Assembly (NCBI RefSeq): GCF_036669915.1
Contig: NC_089313.1
Location: 5,177,331-5,241,330 of the forward strand
Direction of reading: 5' to 3'
Length of the DNA: 64,000 nt
From: Pocillopora verrucosa
Lineage: Eukaryota
Shown: piece by piece, positions 37,373 to 50,626 of the stretch
How the letters are laid out: each line of letters opens with the position of its first letter
Numbering within the stretch: the stretch's first letter is position 1
Notes under the pieces: model-generated
Seen by the model: only the letters and a program-made list of their open reading frames with translations
The model's database searches: none
Told to the model about the DNA's origin: nothing
Program-made: the position numbers and the translations under genes

Positions 37373-37504
37373 ATGACCCAGTTTGATCTGTCCATTGGAA
37401 TCTATAACGACACGCCCATCCTTATCCCTAAGAACTGGATTTTCCACAACAGAGTAATGCCGAGGAGGAATTGTAATCATTCTTTCTGGACCAAGAATAA
37501 CCTG
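37373..37504 (-). CDS. MVP: MVP exon 2 (VILGPERMITIPPRHYSVVENPVLRDKDGRVVIDSNGQIKLGHADQ)
   Basis: ORF 37355..37555. Acceptor cacag|, donor atcag|gtaaca. Confidence 0.85.
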
Positions 37505-37828
37505 TGTGAATGGAACAGAAAATAAATCAGAATTATTACTGTATAACATATACATACTATTCTAAAACAAAGCCCTAGTTCCAAAGGCAATCTATTGTTT
37601 TCACTATTGTTTCCTTAATAACAGAACTGTATGCATAATGAAGCATGGAACCGTGCGTAAATCTTGCCAATATGTTAATGTCAAAGTGTTTCTGTTTTGC
37701 AAAATAAAATCTTAACTGCAGACTGACGTTAATTTAATTTTAAACTAGATCCATTCGTCCACCTGTCAGAGAAAATTCACCTTAAATTATCCTATACTTG
37801 TCCAACTGAAAGATTCACTAGCACTTAC

Positions 37829-37981
37829 CTTTTCGTTATCTTGACGGATGAAGGTTTTCGGACCAACTTCCACCTTGGTGACATTCGTGTTCTGATCCAA
37901 AACATGAATGTAATAATATGGTGGAATACGATAAATACTCTCCTCATCATGAGGGGCAGAACGTCCGCGTCCACTACTCAT
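37829..37981 (-). CDS. MVP: MVP exon 1 with start codon ([51 protein letters not shown])
   Basis: ORF 37787..37981. Donor gaaaag|gtaagt. Human MVP: [43 protein letters not shown]. Further MVP repeat exons lie at about 32513-32645, 33395-33508, 33662-33785, 34975-35103 and 35588-35696. Confidence 0.92.
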
Positions 37982-40552
37982 GGCTCAGTCTAAAGTTTAA
38001 GAAACAAGGAAACTTCATTCATTCTCGTACATTTTTCCATCTCTATTTACATTAAAAGCAACCACTGTTATTTTAACTCTGCTGACAGATTACCGAGAAC
38101 TGACAAGCTGACTAAATGGGTTGGGGACATTTCGCAACTTGGTAAGCAGGTCATTTCAATTTCAAACCTTTACATGACGAAAGTTGGGCCTGCACAGGCC
38201 CTTCGAACAAAGAACTTCAAATTCTGCTTCGCACGGGTTAGGTTACCTTTGTAAATACATGTGTTATCGGCTTACAAACTAATTTATCCAAGAACGTTAC
38301 CTCGTAAAAGCAGGCGAATTACCTGAATCACTTGCTTTCAAAGTAAGAGGGAAGGTTTGAGTAACTGAAATATTATGCATGTCTCAAAATTTGCAAGGCC
38401 TGCAGTTTAGGAAAGGCTTAGTCCCATTTAGGAAACATTCTCGAGTATCTTTATGTTTCAAAGCTGCACACCGACCGAAGATTAACTAAAAAATCCACAG
38501 TTACGACTGCATTTTTAACTTTTAACAGACTTGTAGAAAACTCTTAAGTGAAAGGAGTGTCTTGCACCGACTAACACAAGGGAGATCAAGCTCACAGGCA
38601 TAATATTTAGCTGAGGTAAACAAATTCGATCAACAAAATTGAAGTGTTAAAATAGTTGACCATAGAGGGGTATACGAACCGTTGTAATAGGATGTATCTC
38701 TCCGATCTTCACTAACCTTTAAATTGTTCTGTACGAAAGCAAGACACCGAATGTTTCACTTTCTACCGCTTGCGAAGTCGAACGCAACCTGCAGAAAGTT
38801 CTTTGTTTTGCTTTCCATTGTAACGCCAGCCTAGCACCCAGGTCATTTCTGCGCCTATTTAAACGGCGCCGCCCACCTACCGCCCAGAACAGCGCGAAAG
38901 GGGTCAGTTCTTCAGGTCAGAAGGTCTCTTTTGTTCGAAAAAGGTTTGTGTGCCGGCTTTAGTCTGTTCCAGGTCTGGTCATTCAGTGAGTAAAACGAAT
39001 TGTGATAGCAAACGGCCCAATATCCAACACGACATGGCCTAAGTTTGAGATTTTCCCGAAAACTCAGTTCGCTTTGCTATAAGTGACCAGAATTGACTTA
39101 GTGTCTAACTATAACACATAGTTTTCTGAATACAGTACAATATAATATTTAAGGAAAATATTGAAAAAAAAATAAAACGATGTGAAGCAGTTGTAACACA
39201 TCATCTCGCAATAACTGTTCCATGAACGGCGACAAGGCGACACCCGAATTATTTGCGCAACATTCTGATGCGCTAATCGATTGGGTGTTATAAAAAACCA
39301 AAAACAAATCAATGGTTAATCAGAACAAAGGGAAAAATCAAAGGGAGCCAAAAACAACTCATCGTAAGAACAAGCAGACTTCTTTATAGGTAGAAATGTG
39401 AACAGACGATATTGGTTTTAGTTTAGCTCTTCAAGTTTTGTTTCAGACGATGGCGCAAGTTTCCTCGACAAATTATGGAGCGTGGTAAGGCAAACCCAAT
39501 CGGCAATCTTATATGACTTTCGAAGTTAATTCGGAATTAGCGTTAACTGGGTGTTCAGTTCAGTTCAGTTCAGTTTTGTACTTTGTTTGTTGCAGTACTA
39601 GCATGAGATTTCTCCAGTAACGGTTTATCCCCTCTGTCCAAAATTTATGGTAAACTTTTCAAATTTTTTTAAGTCTTCTTCGGCAACTGTGCTTGTATTG
39701 TGCGACAACACTTTCAAGAAATCATCAAGTCTGACAAAACGAGGTTGAATCTAGATGGAAGTGATAGAGAAAACAACTTCATCAATTAATCTTCAATGAA
39801 GAGATCACAACTGATCCAACACCAAATTCTCGTAACTAATATACAAGGAAATCTGTAGCAGCTATAGGGGAGAATTGACAATCAGATCTTGGGGTATAAA
39901 AGGGTTTAAGTTACAGGACTTAATACCCTCAACGTTATTTTTAAAGACACAGGTAAAGTAAAAGGTTTAAGGCAACTTCTGAATGATAAAAAAGGACATA
40001 AAACATACTTTTTGAGATGGAAGATCCCTCATGGATGAGTGTATGACGTCTTCTTCAATTTCAGAGCACGGCACATAAAACAAATCTGATAGAAGGAGAG
40101 GTGTCAACTAAAGGCCACGTAAGACAACAAATAGATCAATTACAAAAATAGATCAAATAGATCAAATACAAATCAATGTAATCAAACGGCACTACTAGGT
40201 TTGGAATCATATGGTTTAGGGCCACCTTCTTACCTTCCACTTGTCCCATGTTTCAGTAACATAGTTCGAGCGTTTTTTTATTAGGTGCCAAAACCAAAGA
40301 AATCATAAAAGCCAATCAGACGACTAGAAAGGTCAAGAGCGGCCAATGAGAACTCAGAGTAGCAACGCGCAAACCGCCTGAAGCGCGGGAAAACGCAGGT
40401 GACCAAGTCGTGGTTTTAATTTTAAATCTGATTGGTTGGAAAATGGAGCGAATCTTCTGGACCAATGTTTTCCGTTCCTCTCATTAGCAGTTGTGTTTAC
40501 TTTGATTTCAACCTCAAAGGGCTCTCACTGTAGAATACAATCTCCTGCATTT

Positions 40553-40749
40553 TACCTTTGTTCATCTTCCAGCGAGAGGTGTTTTCAAGTTCACGTAACG
40601 GCTCAAACATGGCATCTGAGGTGCAGTTTGACAAGTCGCTACCCGAGAAGCCCTCTGTCCTGTCACCAAGTAGGTACCAATCTTCCGCTGTGAGTGATGA
40701 AGGAGTGACTCCCAAGTGTATTTTCATTAACGTGATGCGTGCAGCTCTA
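40553..40749 (-). CDS. VPS4-like AAA ATPase, C-terminal region exon (…MKIHLGVTPSSLTAEDWYLLGDRTEGFSGSDLSNCTSDAMFEPLRELENTSRWKMNK)
   Basis: ORF 40497..40727 plus acceptor tttcatag|. VPS4B: [58 protein letters not shown]. A possible donor aaag|gtaaaatg at about 40553. Otherwise the ORF runs on to a stop at 40497. Confidence 0.75.
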
Positions 40750-41431
40750 TGAAATAAAAATACCGCTGGCCTTTAGAAATTGAAATTTACTTCATTGAAA
40801 ATTATGAAATGTAAAATGCTCGTAGACAAATAGAGACAAATACACTTCTCAGATCATTCTTTTTATCATACATCAGTGACTATCGCAAGTAACCTCGTCC
40901 ACGGGCAGTTAAGAGTCAATTAATAAAACAGTGAAATTATGAGTTCCGTAAATTCGACAAAAAGTTACATCTTATTATTTGCGAATTTTGACAGTCTATC
41001 AAACATGGCAATTTTTTATCAATTTAGAGGTATTTCGTACAGCCAAATCGATGCATTTCCGACCCAGACATACACACACACACAAAAAAAAATCCAAAAG
41101 CAGTGGTTAGTTATATTCCCGTTCTGTTCGGGATACGATCGTTTTTTTTTTTTGGAGTTAGAAGATGTCTTTAGAAAGTTTCGCTTTCGAGCTCGTGGTT
41201 CTTCGTTTTTGACCGACTTCGGGGTACTTCATACCTCGTGGTTCGGCTTCGCTTTTGATCGATTTACGAGCTCGGGGTTCTCCGTTTTCGATTGAGTTAC
41301 GGGTATTTCGTTTTCGACCTCGTGGTTCATCGCTTTCCGCGAGTTCGAGTACTTGGTTCCTTATAAATTAGAATGCTTCTTGCTCAAGTCTCTGCTTTTG
41401 AGTGCTTCGTTTCAGAATAACCAAAATCTTA

Positions 41432-41566
41432 CTTATCTGGTAATGGAATGTATATTCTTTTCTGGAATCTTCTCAGGAAGGCGGAGTCTAGTTCCCAGGG
41501 ACAGTTGGTAGCACAGAGCAAGATGAAATGGTTCATTGACGCAGGGTTATCAGCCTCTTCCATCTT
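41432..41566 (-). CDS. VPS4-like exon, second region of homology/arginine fingers (…[24 protein letters not shown])
   Basis: ORF 41429..41731. VPS4: [24 protein letters not shown]. Confidence 0.85.
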
Positions 41567-42565
41567 TAATAGAAATAAGAAAAAAAAAACAGAATTTAGA
41601 AATAAATATAGAAGAACACTTGGGTCGCGCATAGATATAAAATTTCTCTTCGAGTGTTCAACCCGATAACTGAGCACAGCGAACGAGCTCGCAGATATTG
41701 AGCTGAACACGACTGGGAAGAGAAATTCCATAGCTACAAAGTGTTACTCTGTTTATTATATAAACACTATAGGCCTTTACTGACAAGAAAAGTCAACAGA
41801 GTGGTTCGAAAGGCGAGTGACATGTCAGCAGCTGATTAGTAGATAAGTAACCTAAATACACGAAGATCTATTTCCAAAATCTACCGACCTGTTTTAATAA
41901 CTCAGTCTTAATTCTTCGAGTGTACTCTTCTTCCCGCGAACTTCTTTTCCTACAGATGCTATCAATTTCGTCTATAAAAATTACCTGGAAAATATAAAGA
42001 GAGTAAAGCAAATACTTGAAAAGGCTTTTGATGTGAACAAAAATGAGTGCCGCATCGAACAGTTCTACTTTGATTTGAAAGGGAACAAATTAGCCAATGA
42101 TAGCGGAGTTAAAGATGCAGAAACCATGAGAAAAATCCGCGCTTTCGGCGTGTGAATGGCATCCCTGGTCAGTTTTTTCCAATGGAAACCTTGGTAATAT
42201 TTCTGTTTGGCAAATATAGTTCAATACGTTCGTTAAAAAGTCCAAGGAACACACAAGTGGTTCAGAGCAGTAATTGATATTAGTAAGAAAAATTTAATAA
42301 GGACTTCACCTGTGCAACTTAAAGTACACCTAACTGTGCCTAAATTGGTCTTAGTTTTTTTTTTTTTTTATCAAGTTTAAACTTCGCTTAAAAAATAATC
42401 TTTGATTCACCTCCGTTCGTAGATAAGACTTAGTTAAAAACGAAGCTTACAGAAAATCTGAAAACTCTCTACTTCAGGACTGAGATTCCATCGGCTTGAA
42501 TAGTATGAAGAAGGTCGCACAAGTTTAGAAGCAGATTCCTTGTACTGACTCGCGCGCTACAAAAA

Positions 42566-42625
42566 TAAGTTTTATACTTACTGATTGAACCTGTTGGCCT
42601 CTTGCATTTTGGAATAGCTCCTTGA
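42566..42625 (-). CDS. VPS4-like exon (LIKELFQNARGQQVQS), approx.
   Basis: VPS4: LVKNLFQLARENKPS. Joins the previous exon in phase (…GESEK|LIKELF). Confidence 0.6.
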
Positions 42626-42782
42626 TAAGCCTTACAAATAAAAAAACAAACAAACAAAAAAATACAAGAAAACATTGTAAGGAAATTCTGCCTTGGTCAC
42701 TCACGAGAGTTATGGGGTTTAGGAGAACATTGCATCCATCCAAATAGCAACATATGCTGTACGTACTTTTCACTCTCTCCGA

Positions 42783-42868
42783 CCCAACTGGACACTAGAT
42801 CAGAACTGGACACACTGTAAAATACAGAGTTGATCTCTGAAGCCACAGCCTGCGCGAGCCTTGTTTTA
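42783..42868 (-). CDS. VPS4-like exon, Walker A end and sensor ([34 protein letters not shown])
   Basis: VPS4B: [35 protein letters not shown]. The SSSDLVS-W-GESEK string is diagnostic of VPS4 versus katanin or spastin. Confidence 0.85.
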
Positions 42869-43254
42869 CCTATTAAACAAAAACAGAAGCAGTAACTCTC
42901 AGTTATGACGATATGAATAAACTACAATGACTACCTATTTTAATGAAAATGTGACAATGACTTCAAACAAATCTTAAAACTAGTGCAACTTTTTCTAATC
43001 GTTGTACTCAGGCCCTAGCGCTTTTCGACTTAATCAAGTTAAGCCAAGCCTTAAGTATGAGGACATTGGCTAGTCACGCGAGATAGTGCAAAGAAGATCT
43101 CAAAGAAAAACCAAGCACACCGCCTGAAGCACGGGAAAATACGTGAGAACAAATTACAGTTTTTTTCAGTTTTGCACCTAACTGGTCGAGAGAGTGGTGC
43201 AATTTTCCTGGACCAACTAAGACGTGTAGTAGAGCGCTTTTCAATGAGTGTTGC

Positions 43255-43450
43255 AAAACCAAACCAAAGTTGTCACAACGGCCAATCAGAAGAAAGGAAA
43301 ATACCCTTAAAGAACCAATGAAAACTCAAAGTAAAAAGCGCGGGAAAACGCGGGTGACCAAGATTTAATCGGTTTTAGTTTTGCATCTGATTGGTTGACA
43401 GGACCAATCACAGAGCGGAGTAAAGCGAAACCAATCCATATCGGATAACT
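43255..43450 (+). repeat. CCAAT-box-rich interspersed repeat (…ggccaatcagaagaaaggaa…gcgcgggaaaacgcgggtgaccaag…gcatctgattggttg…gaccaatcacagagc…), one copy
   Basis: Related copies at about 40300-40470, 43080-43230, 59450-59650, 60030-60520 and 61080-61270. All are intronic or intergenic near the VPS4-like and DRC2 genes. Confidence 0.65.
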
Positions 43451-43682
43451 TTCGACACTCAATGGAATATCGCTCCAAAGAACACCAATTTAATCGCAGA
43501 TTACTTTCGATTCTCAGTTGAAAAGTGTTCATAATCTTAGAGAGCCAGCACGTAAATCAAGGTTATTGGTGTGGAATGCTATCACATTTTTTTTTTATCT
43601 TTTGTCTCCTTAGAATAGATATTATTTTTGGTCTATTGGTGGCAAACGATGAACTAGTAGTGACGTAGATTAAACCGGAGTA

Positions 43683-43737
43683 CCTGTTCCTGGTGGTCCA
43701 TACAGCAGTATTCGCCTCCATGGCTGTCGACCCCCTA
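43683..43737 (-). CDS. VPS4-like exon, P-loop (GRQPWRRILLYGPPGTG)
   Basis: Acceptor tttgtag|, donor acag|gtactc. VPS4: KRTPWRGILLFGPPGTGK. Confidence 0.8.
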
Positions 43738-43918
43738 CAAAACGTCACAATTTCAAAACATTTTAACTCTTTACACCCTAACATCAATATGCATATATTT
43801 ATGGCCACTGTGTCAAATGCTTAACCCCAAAATAGCAATATTCACTAACCATTCCCTATGTTTCTAGATTGATTGTGCAATTTACATATCTGAGACATTT
43901 AAATAAGTAAGTTCTTAC

Positions 43919-44057
43919 CTGTAAAGAAGTGTGGAAATTGTAGTGGTGTAACAACAGCTTCTTTCAGTGCTTGCTTAGCATCATTAAGGCCAACAACATC
44001 ACAGAATTTAATAAGACCATGGGAAACAATTGTGTCTTGAATTGCAATTTTTCGCCT
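43919..44057 (-). CDS. VPS4-like exon ([47 protein letters not shown])
   Basis: ORF 43899..44102. VPS4B: [50 protein letters not shown]. Confidence 0.85.
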
Positions 44058-45047
44058 GCAAGAGATGAAAGTGATTAACTTCTCTCTATTATATCCATGC
44101 ATTATCCAGCAAACAGGTAATGAGAATACTGGAACTTATCAGGCAGAAGTTGTCTTCTTGATCTAACACCAAATTCCCATAACTAATTTACAAGGAAATG
44201 CATAGTAGCTAGAAAGGAGAATTAACAATCAGGCTCTGGTTGTTCAAAAGCTGATTAGTGCTAACCCATGATTAAATCACTCTAAACCAAGATTAAAATT
44301 TAACCAATGATTATGGGCTCAAGGGTTAAGGCACCAGGGCTGTCTTTGAGTTTTTGGGATTGTAAGATAAAAGTAAGAAAAAAGGTTAATACAATTGGCC
44401 TGTTTATCCTGACTAAATTCGCTCACCTTCTACAATCATTATTTTCACTTTTTACTGGATTCATTTCTAGAGGGTAAAAACAATTGACAAATGGATTCCA
44501 TGTTGCTGTGGGTGTGTCTAGTAAAATATCATAAATGACCTCAAAACATGTAAGAAAAAATAAAATGGCACAGCAAGGGTAGCTGAGAGGTAGATGAGGA
44601 AACCTTTGCCAGGGAAACCACTTCCTTTCATCATACAAGTATTAAAACCGATGGGTTTTTTTGCAAGGGATTGTTAAGGCATTTTACAGATCTCGTAAAC
44701 TGGACATCATGAATAGATGTTGATTTATTGTGGTTTTGTGTCTGTGAAAACATGAGAAATGCCTCATACTGTTTGACATCAGTCTTCAGAGCTGAAGCCT
44801 GAAGCCATCTTAACCATCTACACCATAACATCAGTATGCATATTCTCCATACTCTTCTCTATACATTCCTATGGCATTGACAAGGAGAATGTGCTTTATC
44901 ATCAAAAGCCTTTTTGTCTAGTGATCATTTTCTGTATTCTCTTGACCTTAATGTCTGATTCAGCAGTGAAACTGTTTGGAAAAGTTTGAGGCTAGTCACT
45001 CTTTGGAGTTAAAGGTGAAAGGGGTTAGTGTTTAAGTTATGAAGAAT

Positions 45048-45146
45048 ACCTGAGTCTGATGTGTATCCATAGTCAAGCAGCCTCTTTTTCTTGTGAAGAA
45101 TCTCAAGATAACTTTCCAGTGAGATAGAAATTTCATCAAGGGCATT
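45048..45146 (-). CDS. VPS4-like upstream exon (NALDEISISLESYLEILHKKKRLLDYGYTSDS), approx.
   Basis: Acceptor cccttag|, donor tcag|gtattc. Only weak similarity to the VPS4 linker (LDRAEKLKEYLKNKEKK). The N-terminal exons of this gene are not resolved. Confidence 0.4.
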
Positions 45147-48100
45147 CTAAGGGTCAAAATTATAACGATTAAGATTTGAAGCTAGCTTAATTGCATGGTC
45201 ATAATACTACATGCCATTTTTCAAATTTGATGCAAAAAAAAAAAAAGACAAAAAAACCAGTGAAATAAATTCCAAATAAGGAACTATAGCCTGTTCCAGG
45301 CATTCAATTAAAAAACAAAACAAAACAGTGAATGTCCCAGAAGTAGAAACAGAACAAAAACAAGGAAAGATTGGGTTGGGTCGTGTAGATGTGATGTTGC
45401 ATGACCTGACCCAAGCCTCCCTAATTTTTCCACTCCTCAGCCAGTATATCGCACCATTTACTGTCGCACTTTGTTTTACTAGCTGAAGGAAATTAAACTA
45501 CAGTACTTATTACCCGTATAAGTGAATCCTCCTCTATTGGTAAAAGCATCTGAACACACTGGGATGCATTCTTACAGTCGCTTATTAATGCATCAAGATT
45601 AACATGACCCATTTTCTGACTTTCAAAAACAGCTCCCTCTAACCTACAAAGAAGAAAAAAAAATTTAATAGTAAAAATCTTGGAGTCTAACATGTTATCT
45701 AAAGGATGAGCATGTCTATAAGTCAGCTCACTCTACACTAGGTCAAGAGGCTCCCTAGTCTTGAGAAAGATATATTAGTCACACAGTTCTTCTTTCCTTT
45801 CAGGAATACAAATGGTTAGAGACAAAATACCCTGTCATATTTCCATGACAGGTGAGAAGTATCCATTGATACTCCTGGGTAGAGAGAAGCACTGTGAGAG
45901 AACAGTGACTGGCTGAAGAACGAAACAGAATGGCCCTGTCAGGTTTAGATCCCAAACCACTATGAGCTCAGTCCATCATGCCAATCGGTGAGCCAGTAAG
46001 TCTACCACGCAGGTATTTGACTCTTAATATAACCCCTGGGAGTGACTGGCATCTAATCTCTCTATACATGACCACCACTGAATCAAACAGTAAGGTTGTG
46101 AGAATACAGAAGATGATCACCAACTCAAGAAACTCTTGACTGTTCTACACAACTTCCTTGTCAATACCATTTCAGATGTACAGAGAACAGTATGAAGAAT
46201 ATGCATACTGATCTTAGGCTGCAAAAAGTTAATGCTGTTGAAACTAGACAAAGCATCCACCAAATAATTAGGCTACTTGGGTCAGTTGTAGACTTCATGT
46301 ACCTGTTAATTAACATCACTGGACAGTCTACAATGGCTCTTGTTTTTTAGAAATACCTTTATGCCTATTTCTCTCAGCCTAACAAAGGTAAGGTTATAAA
46401 TTGATCATGAAGGTTTACTTGGAGATATTTGTTAAAAGGAATTTAACATTACAAACAAAATGCTACATACCATGTTACAGCATCTGTTGATCAGATAAGA
46501 AAATGAAATAAAAAAGCATCATGTTAAAAAGGATTAAAATTGGTCCTCTATAATGTTTCCTATCCCTGCTTTTACAATCACTTTCACCTTTTATTCCGAG
46601 CAACTGTCACTGAACCTTTTAAGTCATAGTTAAAGCTACAATGATACAATGTATTGAATACTTTTTCATTGGCTTCATACTTTACCATATCAATTGTCAA
46701 ATCTCAGCAGTGAGCTGGATGGTTGTCTTAATAACCTTGTTAAATGGGTCAAATAAGCCTCCAAAAAACTCCATAATGACTTCAGTTAAAGGACATCTCT
46801 ATTCCAGTCTGGTATCATTCAAGCCACACAAAATTTTATTTGAAATTTGAAAAACATTTCACACATTTGTATGGTTGAGGGTGTATGCCAAACCCAAAGG
46901 TATGCAAATATGACCAAATTTGAAACAGTTATTTTAATAATAAGCTGGATTGAACTGACTTGGCATTTTCCATAGTTTCTATATGAACCATGCATTTATT
47001 TGCTATGTGAGTTGTGTTTCCATAAAGTCAATTTCAATTTTGGTCGCCATTTTGGCAGAGGATTTATTTTCCAGTTCAACACACACTCTCAGAGATTAAA
47101 CTGTTTTGTTTCGGTTTAGCAGACTGTGAGAACTACAAACTAATGAACTTAGGGAGACATTTATTTTAAAAAAGGTATGGCAGTAGCTGAATATAAAGAA
47201 ATTTCAAAAGGAAGGAAAAAATTCTTATCGAAGCCAAACTAATCTTGAGAGGAACCCTAATGATTTGGACTTTTTCTTCTTGCCTTACAACCTCAGATTT
47301 GAAATATTGGTCGATTTTAAATAATTAGCTGATTGGTGACATCATTGACGAAACTAACTTTGATTCCCTTATTTGGTTCGGAGGCGAATTATCTTTCTCC
47401 ATAACTTGAAACTCTGCCAGTTCAACAGCTGTCGACTCCGAGTTTATCAACATTTTTCGAAACTTTGTCATCACCACGCGCCATTTTTGAGCCCAAATTA
47501 GTTATTCCTTAGTTAACCAGTTAACTACTGTTTACAGCGACGAGACCTCTCACCTGCATAGATGTCCAACTTACTCATATTATCGATGAATTATTCAAGA
47601 CATCCTGAAAAGTTTCCGCCTGTGCCCAGGATTTCGTGAAACCTCGTTCCCAGGGCATTCTTTCGATAATAGATAACAGGCACGAAAAGCCCGAGTAACC
47701 AGTAATAATGCTATCCAACGGATAAACCGCTATCCGGCGTATAAGTGATAGCAAAACGTATGGCGTTATCTACCGGATAGAGTTTTATCCAGTGGATAGC
47801 GTTATCCAATCTTCAAACAACTGGGGCTAAGGGGTTGCCCGAGGGTTCACAGGGAGCGCATTCTTCTTCCCACACTGGGTAGAAACGAGCCCAAAGTTAC
47901 TTCCGGTACGCATTTCTCAGGTGTCCTGTACTCAATTGACACCACAAATGTTATGGCTCATTTAACAAGTTCTACAGAGTTTGGAGTCTAGCCTCTTTTT
48001 TTGTAAATGGATAATTGACAATATCCAATCACATGGTATATTTGAGCCAATAGAGCACAAGCAAAAAATATTGAGTAGATAAAATCTATTTCTTCAAAAT

Positions 48101-48499
48101 GTTTTGAAGAAGGCATCAGATTCTGCAAAAGTAGGGGAATTGAAAAGTTGATTAAAGACCACAAGGTAATTATTTTGACCAGTGAAACTGACAACTTATT
48201 ATCAAGGAGCTGGTAGAACTCTGGCAGTTGCCAGCTTGTTTTGAAACCCCAGTATCTGGAGCATAACTCTCCTCTAATCAGCCCAAAGGACTCTTATTCT
48301 CTCAACTAATATCATAGGAATTGTATGGCAGACACTAAGGAGAATTACTAATGAGATCTTGAGAGTGGAAGGATTAACCTCTCTATCCACTCACTTGAAC
48401 ACTTCCTGATATGTGTACATACCAAAAGGTGTTTTTATTTGGGATCCATTTTTTCGAAAAAGAAAAATTCTTAAAAATACAAATTTTTTGAAAGCTAAT

Positions 48500-48537
48500 T
48501 CAACAAAGATGAAGTCCAGGTCCCTGACTGTGGGCTC
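48500..48537 (-). CDS. ASPDH: ASPDH-like last exon ((G)AHSQGPGLHLC*)
   Basis: Acceptor ttttttcag|. Human ASPDH C-terminus: QLPSRPGIHLC*. Confidence 0.75.
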
Positions 48538-48794
48538 CTGAAAAAAAAGAGAAAGATTTTGTTTGAAAATATCAGCATGAGCTAGTCTTTGGAAAGCAAG
48601 GTAACAGTCTAGAACAGTCTAAATAATTAATTCATATCCTATTTATAAACTGATATGCTTGACTAAGCACACAACTTTAGAGTTACAATGTAAAAAATGG
48701 AACGTTCTGGAATGTACTATAATATTCCTCTACACTCCTAATGCCTTCTGTTCTGCTGTCCATATCACAAACTCTTTAAAAGTGTAAGTTCTTA

Positions 48795-48954
48795 CCCAGC
48801 ATACTACAAAGAAATGATGCATATGTTGCATTGCCAGTGATGGCTCCAGATCCTGCTGGATTATGGCGCACAGTCTTGACTGTGAACTGGTTTTGTTCAT
48901 CACCGGGTCCAAAGACATCAACTTGCACAATATGAGCATTTAGACTAAGTAATA
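48795..48954 (-). CDS. ASPDH: ASPDH-like exon (SLNAHIVQVDVFGPGDEQNQFTVKTVRHNPAGSGAITGNATYASFLCSMLG)
   Basis: Acceptor acttag|, donor ctgg|gtaaga. Human: [54 protein letters not shown]. Confidence 0.88.
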
Positions 48955-49754
48955 GAACATCATAATTAAAAAAGAGATTTCAGGAAACAGGATTTCTTAA
49001 TAAGCATTGCACTCCTGATTATCTAGTTGGGCAAAACACCTTACTCTCACAGAGTCTCTCTCTAGGCAGGAGAAAAATGGGTACCAGGAAAATGTCAGGG
49101 AAGCATAGTTAATTTCTTTTTTTGGGGGGAGGGGGGGGGTAAAATTGCGATCATCTAGGGGGGGAGTAGTGATATTCCATGTCGTTTCGCTAAAGAATGA
49201 GGAACAAGCTCTGATTGGATGAGCCACTTAACTCGAGTACAGAGTTAACTTATCTTTCTTGATTACCCATTGCTTACCCAGTTTATCCTGGTTTCCATAG
49301 CAAAGAGCTTATAGTTTCTGAGACTGGACTCGAATGTAGCTGAGTTTTGATTGACACTTTGCATGAGTGCAGTCATGCATGTCGCTTTTGAGAGAGTTTT
49401 TCTTAGAAAAAGTGTGAGAGAATAAAAAAATGGCTCTGCTTATAGAAAGAAAACCAGTGATTGTGACTTGAGGATACTAAACTTCTATTGCCACAGAGGC
49501 ATTTCTGAGACTAATAGAATTATAATTGGAATGTTCGAAAGATTTCAGAACAAAAGTATGTTGCATTTTTTAAAAAGAGTATTCAAATGGACTGAGCTTG
49601 CCACATATTAAATCAATGATTTTCAAAGTGGAGCTGCCTTTGGATGGAAAATCTGAAACTCTTTTCAGGCCTGAAATATTTAGGACAGAGGCAAAGTGTA
49701 TTCAATCAAATTTGCAAACAAAATTTGCAAAACGAATTTAATCTGTCAGTCTTA

Positions 49755-49958
<204 letters not shown>

Positions 49959-50501
49959 TCATATTGTTACCATCCCCCTAGCTCAGACAAGTTCACCCCT
50001 GGCAACCAATTTCTCTAGCCTACAAGTAGGCTTTCATTAATAGTACTGCAGGATGTGTTTCTCCACCCTCAGGAAGATCTAAGACAAGTGAGGAGAAGCT
50101 TCCATGGGGTCTGACACCAATTATCAGTGCTTACCCCTTGAAGAACTCTTGCTGGCTCACATTTCTAAAGGCCGTATACTTCCTTGTGGGTAAAAAAACA
50201 CTTGTGCCAGAATGCTAATAATGAAGACCGCACATGCTGCCAATTTTTCATGCCCACCTACAAAAAATTTGGCTTTTTTAAGCCTTTCAGGAGTATTCTT
50301 TTAATAAGGGAAAGCACCCTCATGAAATCAAGAATTTATTAACTTCTCAATACACCTTAGGAAATCTTCATGGAAGGTCTTGGAATATAATCAGGGTGAA
50401 AAAAATCATGGCTTTGATTTGAAAGAAAATGAGAGCTATATTATTTTCAATAACAATTAGACAGAGGTTATTCTTTGGGTAATTTATGAAACAAAAAATC
50501 T

Positions 50502-50626
50502 TTTAAAACCTACCATCATACAGTACAACAGGTTCTGTGTTCACTTGCTCATTCCTTGACTTAAGAGGTTCATTCAATTTAAAACAAGATGGGTGCTTTT
50601 TCATTGTTACTTTCAGTCCCTAAAAT
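50502..50626 (-). CDS. ASPDH: ASPDH-like exon (GLKVTMKKHPSCFKLNEPLKSRNEQVNTEPVVLYDG)
   Basis: Acceptor attttag|, donor gatg|gtaggt. Human: [33 protein letters not shown]. Confidence 0.8.

Noticed and set aside
39428-39478. Possible plus-strand exon tttcag|acgATGGCGCAAGTTTCCTCGACAAATTATGGAGCGTG|gtaagg, with a possible upstream non-coding exon ending at about 38986 (donor cag|gtgagt)
   Set aside because: I found no downstream exon that continues the frame (the next candidate creates a stop) and there is no homology. It may be a UTR or non-coding exon of an unidentified gene. Left unannotated.
40436-40752. Plus-strand ORFs 40436..40693 and 40558..40752
   Set aside because: Antisense to the VPS4-like C-terminal exon, whose minus-strand translation has clear VPS4 homology.
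49120-49170. G-rich tracts (ggggggagggggggggg at 49120-49170 and ggggcggggggcgggggggg at 58800-58830) as potential G-quadruplexes
   Set aside because: They are intronic, short and of low information. Noted only as simple-sequence features.
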